Shown here piece after piece: positions 1-7,471 of a DNA stretch of 33,227 bases (positions are counted from its first letter, which is position 1; each line of letters starts with the position of its first letter). The stretch is from IMG/VR virus record IMGVR_UViG_3300045988_173170, positions 1-33,227 of that record, one strand, 5' to 3'. This stretch comes from a virus. The notes under the pieces are model-generated. The model ran no database searches and was not told the origin of the DNA. It saw nothing but the letters and a program-made list of their open reading frames with translations. The translations under genes and the position numbers were made by a program.

Positions 1-51
1 AGGAGTTTATCTCCAACTGTTTAATTATTAGTGAAGGAGAAAAATTTACTT

Positions 52-522
52 ATGACAGATAAATTAAAGCCATGTCCATTCTGTGGTGGAGAAGCAAGGA
101 TACAAGTAACAGATGAAGAAGGAAATTTTAAAAGCGAGAGTTACCTGGAAGATCCATACAGTGGAATAAATTATGCGATTATACATGATGAAATTAGTTC
201 GAAAGAATATTGCCCAATTGCAACCAATTTGGATGAGATGCAAGGACGTTACATTTACAGTTCAAAGCAAGAAGCTATAAATGCTTGGAATAGAAGAATT
301 GATGATGATTTAAGTGATCTCGTTGAAAAAGAAACTGCAACACAACCTGACATCGAAGGTGATGGATATTACAAAGGGGAGCTTGTGTATGACACGTGGA
401 TTTGTCCAAGATGTGGTACACGGTATGAAATTGATTATGATGAATATGAGTATTGTCCGGAGTGTGGCCAACATATAGATAGAGCTATATTTACTGATCA
501 AAACGATTCAAGTGAAGAATAG
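52..522 (+). CDS. Lar-family restriction-alleviation-like protein with an additional C-terminal zinc ribbon
   Basis: ATG at 52 follows GAAGGAG (33-39). N-terminus LKPCPFCGG...EAINAWNRR resembles the Lar family signature. C-terminus has a second CxxC...CxxC pair (CPRCG...CPECG). Confidence 0.6.
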   Translation: MTDKLKPCPFCGGEARIQVTDEEGNFKSESYLEDPYSGINYAIIHDEISSKEYCPIATNLDEMQGRYIYSSKQEAINAWNRRIDDDLSDLVEKETATQPDIEGDGYYKGELVYDTWICPRCGTRYEIDYDEYEYCPECGQHIDRAIFTDQNDSSEE

Positions 523-532
523 AGGAAATAAA

Positions 533-901
533 ATGTATACAAAAGTAAAACTATTAAGCTTAACTGATGGATATGAGCATAAATTGGTAAGCAGTACAGG
601 AAAGCTTAAAAAGGAATATATTGGTCAGATTGGTAAAGTAATCCATACGTGCGTTATAAGTAAGGGTAACTATGTGAATCCTACACTATATGATGTCCAG
701 TTTGATGATGGAGCTATATTTTGCCTGGATGAGGATCAGATAAGATTTGTAGCACTTGGTGCTCTAGAACAAAAATCATCAAGTGTGTCTCAAGAAATTA
801 GGCGTGAAGCAATGCAATTTATTGATAATGCAGATGCAGTGTTTTCTGCACTAGGTTATGCGCTAGAAAATGGATTGTATTACGGACAAAATAAGCATTA
901 A
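533..901 (+). CDS. Hypothetical early protein (122 aa)
   Basis: In-frame ATG at 533 after AGAGGAAATAAA. The ORF fills the gap between neighbouring genes. No family recognised. Confidence 0.55.
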   Translation: MYTKVKLLSLTDGYEHKLVSSTGKLKKEYIGQIGKVIHTCVISKGNYVNPTLYDVQFDDGAIFCLDEDQIRFVALGALEQKSSSVSQEIRREAMQFIDNADAVFSALGYALENGLYYGQNKH

Positions 902-1025
902 AAAACACAAAAAGTTTTTAGTTCAAAAAAATGCACTGAGAGCCTCTATTCTAGGGCTCTTAGCACAGAATTGATTTTGGAAAATAATTTAAGGTTATTT
1001 GACAAAGAAAAAAGGAGGAGAAAGA

Positions 1026-1415
1026 GTGATAAACAGAGTTATTTTAGTAGGAAGATTGACTAAAAATCCTGAGATTAGAAAAACACCAAATGGAGCAAGC
1101 ATCTGTAAGTTTACTTTGGCAGTAAGTAGAAAAGTGAAAGCGCAAGGACAACCGGATGCAGATTTCATTAGTTGTGTTTCCTGGAACAAAACAGCTGATT
1201 TAATGTACCAGTATTTAAAAAAAGGTTCATTGATTGGAATCGACGGAAGATTGCAGACAGGAAAATTCACAAATAATAATGGGGAAACAATCTACACGTG
1301 CGATGTGATGGTTGAAAGTTTACAATTCTTAGACAAGAAAGAAGAAACACAAAATAATGATGTTAACCAGGAAAGAGAAATGTCATACAGTGAAGGAGGT
1401 TATCCGCAATGGTAA
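1026..1415 (+). CDS. ssb: Single-stranded DNA-binding protein
   Basis: GTG at 1026 after AAAGGAGGAG. INRVILVGRLTKNPEIRKTPNG...FISCVSWNKTAD...GSLIGIDGRLQT is a classic OB-fold SSB N-terminus. The C-terminal tail ends YPQW rather than the usual acidic D-L-P-F type tip. Confidence 0.9.
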   Translation: MINRVILVGRLTKNPEIRKTPNGASICKFTLAVSRKVKAQGQPDADFISCVSWNKTADLMYQYLKKGSLIGIDGRLQTGKFTNNNGETIYTCDVMVESLQFLDKKEETQNNDVNQEREMSYSEGGYPQW

Positions 1416-1654
1416 AAGAAAAAGACACAGTCAATCATCCAGAACATTATGAGAGTGGATCATATGAATGCATTGATGAAATGATTGCAGTATTTGGAAT
1501 GTCAGTTGTCGCAAATTTCTGTTTGTGCAACGTTTGGAAATATAGGTACAGAGCGCTTCTAAAAGGTGGTGAAGAAGATATGAAAAAGTCTGACTGGTAT
1601 ATGTGTAAGTATATTGATTTAAAAAGAGCGATGAGCGATGCGTATGAAGATTAA
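1409..1654 (+). CDS. DUF3310-like phage protein
   Basis: VNHPEHYESGSYECIDEM... matches the remembered HPxHY/E-x-I motif of DUF3310. Start overlaps the ssb stop. Confidence 0.65.
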   Translation: MVKEKDTVNHPEHYESGSYECIDEMIAVFGMSVVANFCLCNVWKYRYRALLKGGEEDMKKSDWYMCKYIDLKRAMSDAYED

Positions 1655-1664
1655 TTGGAGATTA

Positions 1665-1784
1665 ATGTTTATTATTCTGTTTGTGGTTTTATACATATGG
1701 ATTTTTACGGCCATTGTAGGCGGAACTGTATGGATTATCTCAAGTATTGTTAAATTTGTTTGTTTTTTGTTTTCGTTGTATTAA
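1665..1784 (+). CDS. Small hydrophobic peptide (39 aa), absent from the ORF track because of its length
   Basis: ATG at 1665 lies 4 nt after GGAG (1657-1660), stop TAA at 1782-1784. Hand translation: MFIILFVVLYIWIFTAIVGGTVWIISSIVKFVCFLFSLY. It fits the otherwise empty gap between flanking genes. Confidence 0.4.
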   Translation: MFIILFVVLYIWIFTAIVGGTVWIISSIVKFVCFLFSLY

Positions 1785-1794
1785 GGGGAAAAGA

Positions 1795-2073
1795 ATGAAA
1801 AAAGTTGTATTGCATAATCAAACTGCAGAGAATGCATTTGATTGTTTAACTGAATTAATTAAGATCATGACGTATGATGTTGAAAATGGTGGAATGCGTG
1901 AAGCAGGATTAAAGCAACTTGAATATATAAGAACAGAATATTCAAAGTTGGAAAGAGAAAACTGTGGCTTAAATCAGACGGTTCTAAATTTAAGAAAGCG
2001 TGTAGAAAGTAAATATTCGTCTGGAACACAATGGGCACGTTGTTCGTGTATTGAAAAGGTTTCGCATGATTGA
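1795..2073 (+). CDS. Hypothetical protein (92 aa)
   Basis: In-frame ATG at 1795 after AAGGGGAAAAGA. No family recognised. Confidence 0.55.
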   Translation: MKKVVLHNQTAENAFDCLTELIKIMTYDVENGGMREAGLKQLEYIRTEYSKLERENCGLNQTVLNLRKRVESKYSSGTQWARCSCIEKVSHD

Positions 2074-2500
2074 GGCTTCAAAAACAGTGGCACAGTTTAT
2101 TGGTGATTTCAAATCACTTGATTATTGTTGCCATAGAATCATCGAGTTGAATGAAGAACTAGAAGAGCTAAATCATAAAATGTTAGGTTTATCACATTCA
2201 GTCGAAGAACTGTCTAAAGAACAAATGAAATCTAATTATCCAATGCCAACATATCAAAGAACATTTACATCTAAGCTTGCATTGTTAGAAACGATTGAAG
2301 AAAAGGAACGCGATATTCAGTATTATCAAAAAAGAATCCATGAATGCAAGGCCTTTGAATTGTTATCCAGCAAGGATAGATGCATTATGTGTGATTTGTA
2401 TTTCTTTAGAATGTCACAATACGAAGTGGCAGACAAATATGGATTCAGTCGTAGCGGATTAAAGAAACATGTTCATGCGATGATAAAAAGCATATTATGA
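2066..2500 (+). CDS. ArpU/sigma-region-4-like late transcriptional activator
   Basis: C-terminus DRCIMCDLYFFRMSQYEVADKYGFSRSGLKKHVHAMIKSI looks like a sigma-70 region 4 HTH. It sits just upstream of the packaging genes, as ArpU/RinA-type regulators do in Firmicute phages. Confidence 0.55.
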   Translation: MIEASKTVAQFIGDFKSLDYCCHRIIELNEELEELNHKMLGLSHSVEELSKEQMKSNYPMPTYQRTFTSKLALLETIEEKERDIQYYQKRIHECKAFELLSSKDRCIMCDLYFFRMSQYEVADKYGFSRSGLKKHVHAMIKSIL

Positions 2501-2892
2501 TGGAGCAATTATTAAAAGCAATCTTAGCGATTGCATGTGCCTTTGTTGGGTTGTACCTGATTCCGATTTTAACAAAGTCTTTGCGAATGCATGATTCAAA
2601 CAAAGGAATGTACAGACCCCAATCAGTGAAAACGATTTTATTTGATAGAAATGAGGTTCTATTTGTATATGTATATAGTTTAAGAAATGAGAAACTATTA
2701 GCATACGGATGTATGGGATGGGAAGACCAAAATAGCAAGGATTATGAATTTTCTATTTATGCTTATCCAGGACTTGAAAAGCTATCATTTGATGAAGCAG
2801 TAGCTAAAAGCGAAAACAATGAGAATGTTGAAATATACATGAATGTAGATAAAAATATTAAAATTGTAATCATTCCTGAACCAAAAAATTAA
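2497..2892 (+). CDS. Membrane-anchored hypothetical protein (131 aa)
   Basis: ATGA start/stop overlap with the upstream gene. N-terminal hydrophobic helix LLKAILAIACAFVGLYLIPIL. Followed by an intrinsic terminator. Confidence 0.6.
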   Translation: MMEQLLKAILAIACAFVGLYLIPILTKSLRMHDSNKGMYRPQSVKTILFDRNEVLFVYVYSLRNEKLLAYGCMGWEDQNSKDYEFSIYAYPGLEKLSFDEAVAKSENNENVEIYMNVDKNIKIVIIPEPKN

Positions 2893-2979
2893 AAGAGTAG
2901 CCATTGGCCACCATTTTAATGTGGTATATTAGTAGCGTAAAGAATTCGACAAAGCCAAGCGTTGAATCTTTTACACATG

Positions 2980-3008
2980 AAAGCACGCACATGTGCTTTT
3001 TTTATTTG
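2980..3008 (+). terminator. Rho-independent terminator
   Basis: AAAGCAC (2980-2986) / GTGCTTT (2993-2999) stem, followed by a T-run TTTTTATTT. Confidence 0.6.
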
Positions 3009-3053
3009 GTGTAGACAGTTTCCTTGCTAGACTGTCTTCACGAGGTAAAAAGC

Positions 3054-3362
3054 ATGGATTATAAGACTAAGAGATGGAAAAAGAAAAGAGAATCAATTCT
3101 TAGAAAAGATGGATATCTTTGTCAGATCTCAAAGCGATATGGTAGAAGAGTAGAAGCAGAAGTTGTGCATCATATCTATCCAGCAGATGAATATCCGGAA
3201 TATCGGTTCTGCGACTGGAATCTAATTAGTGTAAGCGTAGGCGAGCACAATAAGTTGGAGAACAGAAGTACTGGTGCATTGACTGAGCTTGGTGAAGAAT
3301 TGAAAAGACATACGATTCCAGGAGTTGATTGGAGAAAGAAGAAAAAAGATTATGCAATCTAA
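3054..3362 (+). CDS. HNH endonuclease (packaging-associated)
   Basis: YLCQ...VHHIYPADEYPE...NLISVSVGEHNKLEN matches an HNH motif pattern. It lies immediately upstream of terS/terL, as in cos-type HNH phages. Confidence 0.85.
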   Translation: MDYKTKRWKKKRESILRKDGYLCQISKRYGRRVEAEVVHHIYPADEYPEYRFCDWNLISVSVGEHNKLENRSTGALTELGEELKRHTIPGVDWRKKKKDYAI

Positions 3363-3593
3363 TGATGAACTATGTAGGCTGATACGAATCTATTTGCTCT
3401 ATTTGATTGGAGCTTATGATAAACGTGATGTTGCCAATGAATTGGGCGTTGATTTGGATGAGATAGCCTTAAAAAGATTGCTCTGAAAGAGATCCCCCCA
3501 CCTAATTTTTTTTGACATGAAAATTGAATCCCTGGGGGAGTATCCATCTTTCCAACTCTGAGCAATTTTTGAAAAAAGGGGGTGATGGCCAAA

Positions 3594-3971
3594 ATGAACA
3601 AAGCAACTGTCAGCAGAAAAACGAATCGAATTTTTAAAGAAACAGTTTTATATATGCAAGAAATTGGAACTTACAAGAAGGAGTTCGATGTAACAATTCA
3701 TAGGTATGCAGAGATGCGATTTCAGTACGATTTGTTGTATCAAAAGTGGTTCGAAGATGGATGCAAAGTGACAGAGACTTTTAAAAATAAATCCGGAAAT
3801 GAGAATATTCGCAAGACCGCAGAATACTTGGCCATTGAAACTCTTCAGAAGAACCTTCTTACAATTGAAACAACTTTAGGATTAACTCCAAAAGGATTAA
3901 AAGCGATTAAATCAAACGGACTTGAATCCGCAAAACAAAGTAGATTGGCGCAGGTGTTAAGTAGTGTATAA
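3594..3971 (+). CDS. Terminase small subunit (P27-family-like)
   Basis: Position directly before terL, and the LGLTPKGLKAIK-type C-terminal region. ATG at 3594 has better spacing to AAAGGGGG (3575-3582) than the alternatives at 3582/3585. Confidence 0.75.
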   Translation: MNKATVSRKTNRIFKETVLYMQEIGTYKKEFDVTIHRYAEMRFQYDLLYQKWFEDGCKVTETFKNKSGNENIRKTAEYLAIETLQKNLLTIETTLGLTPKGLKAIKSNGLESAKQSRLAQVLSSV

Positions 3972-5703
3972 TGGAAAGTATTTTTCAGAAGTACAGAAAT
4001 ATTGTGAAGATTGTAAGAGTGGGAAAATCAAAGCCAATATTTATCGTATAAAAGCAATTGATAGATTTTATAGAGATTTAGAAGATGAAAGATATGAATT
4101 CAATCCAAAGGATGCAGACTTCATTATTTCAATCATTCAAAAAACAATTTGCCATATGCAAGGCGAAACACAAGACGGAGAACCTTTACGAGGTACTCCT
4201 TTTATTTTGATGCCTTTTCATAAATTCATTATCTACAACCTGTTTGGAATCTATCGAAAAGGAACAAAGATAAAGAAATATCATGAGGCTTTGATATTTA
4301 TTCCTAGAAAAAATGTTAAAACATCATTTTCCGCAGCATTAGCGTATGCGGTTGGATTACTTTATCGAAAGTCCGGATCCAAGATTTATGTTGTGGCTGC
4401 AGCCTTAAAGCAGACATTGGAAACATTCAATTTCTTAAAGTACAACGTAAGAAATATGGGAGAATCTGATGAGGATGGCGGATTATTTCATATTATCGAC
4501 AACAACAACGAACATTCCATAAAAGCAGAAATGTCTGATGGAATGTTTGAATTAAATGCGTTGGCCACAAATCCAGATGCGCAAGATTCATTTAACTGTA
4601 ACTTTGCGATTGCGGATGAGGTTCACGCTTTTAAAAAGCCGAAACAATACAATTTGTTTAAAGAAGCTATGAAAGCTTACGCAAATAAATTGATGATTGG
4701 TATTTCAACTGCTGGAGATGATCCAAACAGTTTTTTAGCGCAAAGAGTTCGATATTGTAAAAAGATTTTAGATGGCGAAGTAGACGATGAGCAATACTTC
4801 GTTTTTATTTGCGAATCCGATCTAACGGAAAATGAGGAAGGCGCAAAGTTTTTGGATTACATGAATCCAGATGTTCAGGCAATGGCCAATCCTGGCATTG
4901 GTCAATCGGTTCGTGCCGAAGACTTAATGAACGATGCAATCCAGGCGCAGAACGACCCTCAACAAAGAAAAGATTTCTTCGCAAAATCATTGAATGTTTT
5001 TACAAATCAAATTGATACATATTTTGATATGAATGTCGTGAAGACATCCGATGCCAAGTATAATTGGACGATTGATGAGTTGGCCAAACTTCCTATTAAG
5101 TGGTACGGCGGTGCGGATTTATCCAAACTGCACGATTTAACTGGAGTTTGTATTTATGGCAGATATAAAGGAGTGGACATTTGCATTAGCCATGCATTTA
5201 TTCCACGGAGTACGGCATATCAGAAATCGGATGAAGACAACATGCCGGTATTCTGGTGGGAAGAAGAAGGATGGCTAACATGTTGCAATTCGAACGTTAT
5301 TGAATATGAAGATGTAATTCAATGGTTCATAAAAGTTCGAGACAGAGGTTTTAGAATTCGATGGATTGGATACGACAGAAGGTATTCACGTGAATTCATT
5401 TTAAAAATGAAAAAAGCTGGTTTTAAAATTCGTGATCAGAAACAGTTGTACGTCGAAAAAACAGAAGCTTTTCGAGAAATCGAGAAAAAATTCAATCTTC
5501 AGGAATTTTATTACGTGCATAATCTTGCGTATGAGTATTGTGTTGGAAATGTCAAAGCTATAGAAGACAGTGATGATTTTGTTCGTTTCCAAAAAGTAAT
5601 GCCAAACCAACGTATAGATTTATTCGATTGTTCAGTTATCGCTTGTAAACAATTATTGATTGCAGAAGAAAAGAATTCGTCTGCTTCGATGTTTTTAGAT
5701 TAG
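3964..5703 (+). CDS. Terminase large subunit
   Basis: 579 aa, overlaps the terS end. Walker-like region IFIPRKNVKTSF and the nuclease-half pattern are typical of Terminase_1-type TerL. Synteny with the portal gene. Confidence 0.9.
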   Translation: MYNGKYFSEVQKYCEDCKSGKIKANIYRIKAIDRFYRDLEDERYEFNPKDADFIISIIQKTICHMQGETQDGEPLRGTPFILMPFHKFIIYNLFGIYRKGTKIKKYHEALIFIPRKNVKTSFSAALAYAVGLLYRKSGSKIYVVAAALKQTLETFNFLKYNVRNMGESDEDGGLFHIIDNNNEHSIKAEMSDGMFELNALATNPDAQDSFNCNFAIADEVHAFKKPKQYNLFKEAMKAYANKLMIGISTAGDDPNSFLAQRVRYCKKILDGEVDDEQYFVFICESDLTENEEGAKFLDYMNPDVQAMANPGIGQSVRAEDLMNDAIQAQNDPQQRKDFFAKSLNVFTNQIDTYFDMNVVKTSDAKYNWTIDELAKLPIKWYGGADLSKLHDLTGVCIYGRYKGVDICISHAFIPRSTAYQKSDEDNMPVFWWEEEGWLTCCNSNVIEYEDVIQWFIKVRDRGFRIRWIGYDRRYSREFILKMKKAGFKIRDQKQLYVEKTEAFREIEKKFNLQEFYYVHNLAYEYCVGNVKAIEDSDDFVRFQKVMPNQRIDLFDCSVIACKQLLIAEEKNSSASMFLD

Positions 5704-5713
5704 GAGGCTTATT

Positions 5714-6910
5714 TTGTCAAGGAGAAACAAAAAGAAGAATATTAGACCAGATCCACAGAAAAGGTCGAATTATGCTGCGGTAATGCCAGTGAATTGGGAA
5801 TCTTTATTGTCGGCAGGTTATACACCATTATCACAGAATCCTGAAATTATTAGCGCAGTTAATAAGATTGCCAATCTAATTGGAAGTATGACAATCCATT
5901 TAATGGAGAATTCTAAGAATGGTGATCAAAGAATTAGTAATGCATTATCAAATTTAGTGGATATTCATCCAAACAAATACATGACAAGAATGACATGGAT
6001 GTCTTCTATTGTTCGTTCTTTATTGTTGGAAGGTGATGGAAACTGTGTTTTGTATCCAAGAACAGTATCCGGTTTGATTGAAGGTATTTATCCGTTGAAT
6101 CCTGGAAGTGTTTCGTTTGTTCCAAATGGCGATTTCGGATATTCCATTCTATACAACGGAAAAGAGTATTTACCGGAAGATTTAATTCATATCGTAATTA
6201 ATCCGGATCCAAACTATCCGTGGAAAGGTGTGGGATACCGTAAATCTTTGCGAAGTGTGGCCGAAACTTTAGATCAAGCAAGTGCTACAAAGAAAGGCTT
6301 TATGGAATCAAAATGGCAACCATCACTGATAGTTAAAGTTGATGGAATGGTTGATGAGTTTTCTGATTCAGACGGAAGACAAAAGTTATTGGACAAATAC
6401 ATTAAATCAAATCAGACAGGAGAGCCTTGGCTAATTCCTGCAGATGGATTTGATGTGGTTACGGTAAAACCATTATCATTGAATGATTTGGCCATCAAAG
6501 ATTCGGTAGAAATGGATAAGAAGACAGTAGCTTCCATTTTAGATGTTCCAGCATTCGTACTAGGTGCAGGAGAATTCAAAAAAGAGGAATGGAACAACTG
6601 GATCAATACAAGAATTAAAGGAATTTGTGAGTGCATCCAACAGGCACTTACACGAAGTTTACTTATCAAGCCTGAATGGTATTTTAGGTTCAATTATAGG
6701 TCGCTTTATGCCTATGACATACAGACACTCTCGACGGTTGGATGTGATTTGTATACACGTGGAATCGTGACAGGCAATGAAGTCAGAGATTCACTAGGAT
6801 ATTCTCCGATGGATGGATTAGATGAATTGATCATACTTGAAAACTATATTCCACAAGGAATGATAGGAGACCAAAAGAAATTGGAAAAAGGTGGTGAGAA
6901 TAATGGATAA
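5714..6910 (+). CDS. Portal protein (HK97 family-like)
   Basis: 398 aa. TTG start after AGGAGG. Lies between terL and the prohead protease. Confidence 0.88.
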   Translation: MSRRNKKKNIRPDPQKRSNYAAVMPVNWESLLSAGYTPLSQNPEIISAVNKIANLIGSMTIHLMENSKNGDQRISNALSNLVDIHPNKYMTRMTWMSSIVRSLLLEGDGNCVLYPRTVSGLIEGIYPLNPGSVSFVPNGDFGYSILYNGKEYLPEDLIHIVINPDPNYPWKGVGYRKSLRSVAETLDQASATKKGFMESKWQPSLIVKVDGMVDEFSDSDGRQKLLDKYIKSNQTGEPWLIPADGFDVVTVKPLSLNDLAIKDSVEMDKKTVASILDVPAFVLGAGEFKKEEWNNWINTRIKGICECIQQALTRSLLIKPEWYFRFNYRSLYAYDIQTLSTVGCDLYTRGIVTGNEVRDSLGYSPMDGLDELIILENYIPQGMIGDQKKLEKGGENNG

Positions 6911-7469
6911 AAAATATCAGATGAGAAGTTCTTTATCTAAATTCAAAACTAGAGATGCAGATGGGAAAAAGTATATCAGTGGATACTTTGCGGTATTCAA
7001 TTCCAATTACCAGTTATGGGATGGAGCTACTGAAAGTGTAGATCCGCATGCATTTGATGGAGCACTGGATAGTGATATCCGTTGTTTGATTGACCATGAT
7101 ACACGTTTGGTTTTAGGGCGCACCAAATCAGGAACATTGACTTTAAAAGTTGATGACAAAGGTCTATGGGGCGAAGTTGAAATCAATGAATCAGACCAGG
7201 ATGCGATGAATCTATATGCTCGTGTGCAACGTGGCGATGTGGATCAATGTAGTTTTGGCTTTGATATTACTTCAGAGGAATATTCAGAAAATGGAAGCGG
7301 AGTTCATTGGACAATTAAATCTGTGAATCTGTATGAAGTATCTGTAGTTACTTTTCCTGCGTATGAAGATACACAGGTATCTGCGCGAAAAAAGGAATTT
7401 AACACAATTCGTTCTAGAAAATTAGAACAAAGAAAAAAAGAAATGCTAAAGAGATTGAAGGGAGAATAA
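6903..7469 (+). CDS. Prohead maturation protease (HK97/S78-like)
   Basis: ATG at 6903 after AAAGGTGGTGAG. ISGYFAVFNS...LIDHD...LGRT...GLWGEVEI resembles HK97 prohead protease motifs. Confidence 0.88.
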   Translation: MDKKYQMRSSLSKFKTRDADGKKYISGYFAVFNSNYQLWDGATESVDPHAFDGALDSDIRCLIDHDTRLVLGRTKSGTLTLKVDDKGLWGEVEINESDQDAMNLYARVQRGDVDQCSFGFDITSEEYSENGSGVHWTIKSVNLYEVSVVTFPAYEDTQVSARKKEFNTIRSRKLEQRKKEMLKRLKGE

Positions 7470-7471
7470 GC

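Noticed and set aside
3359-3601. 80-aa ORF on the - strand in the HNH-terS gap
   Set aside because: It has no ribosome-binding site, runs against a uniformly + strand operon, and covers the putative cos region and the terS start.
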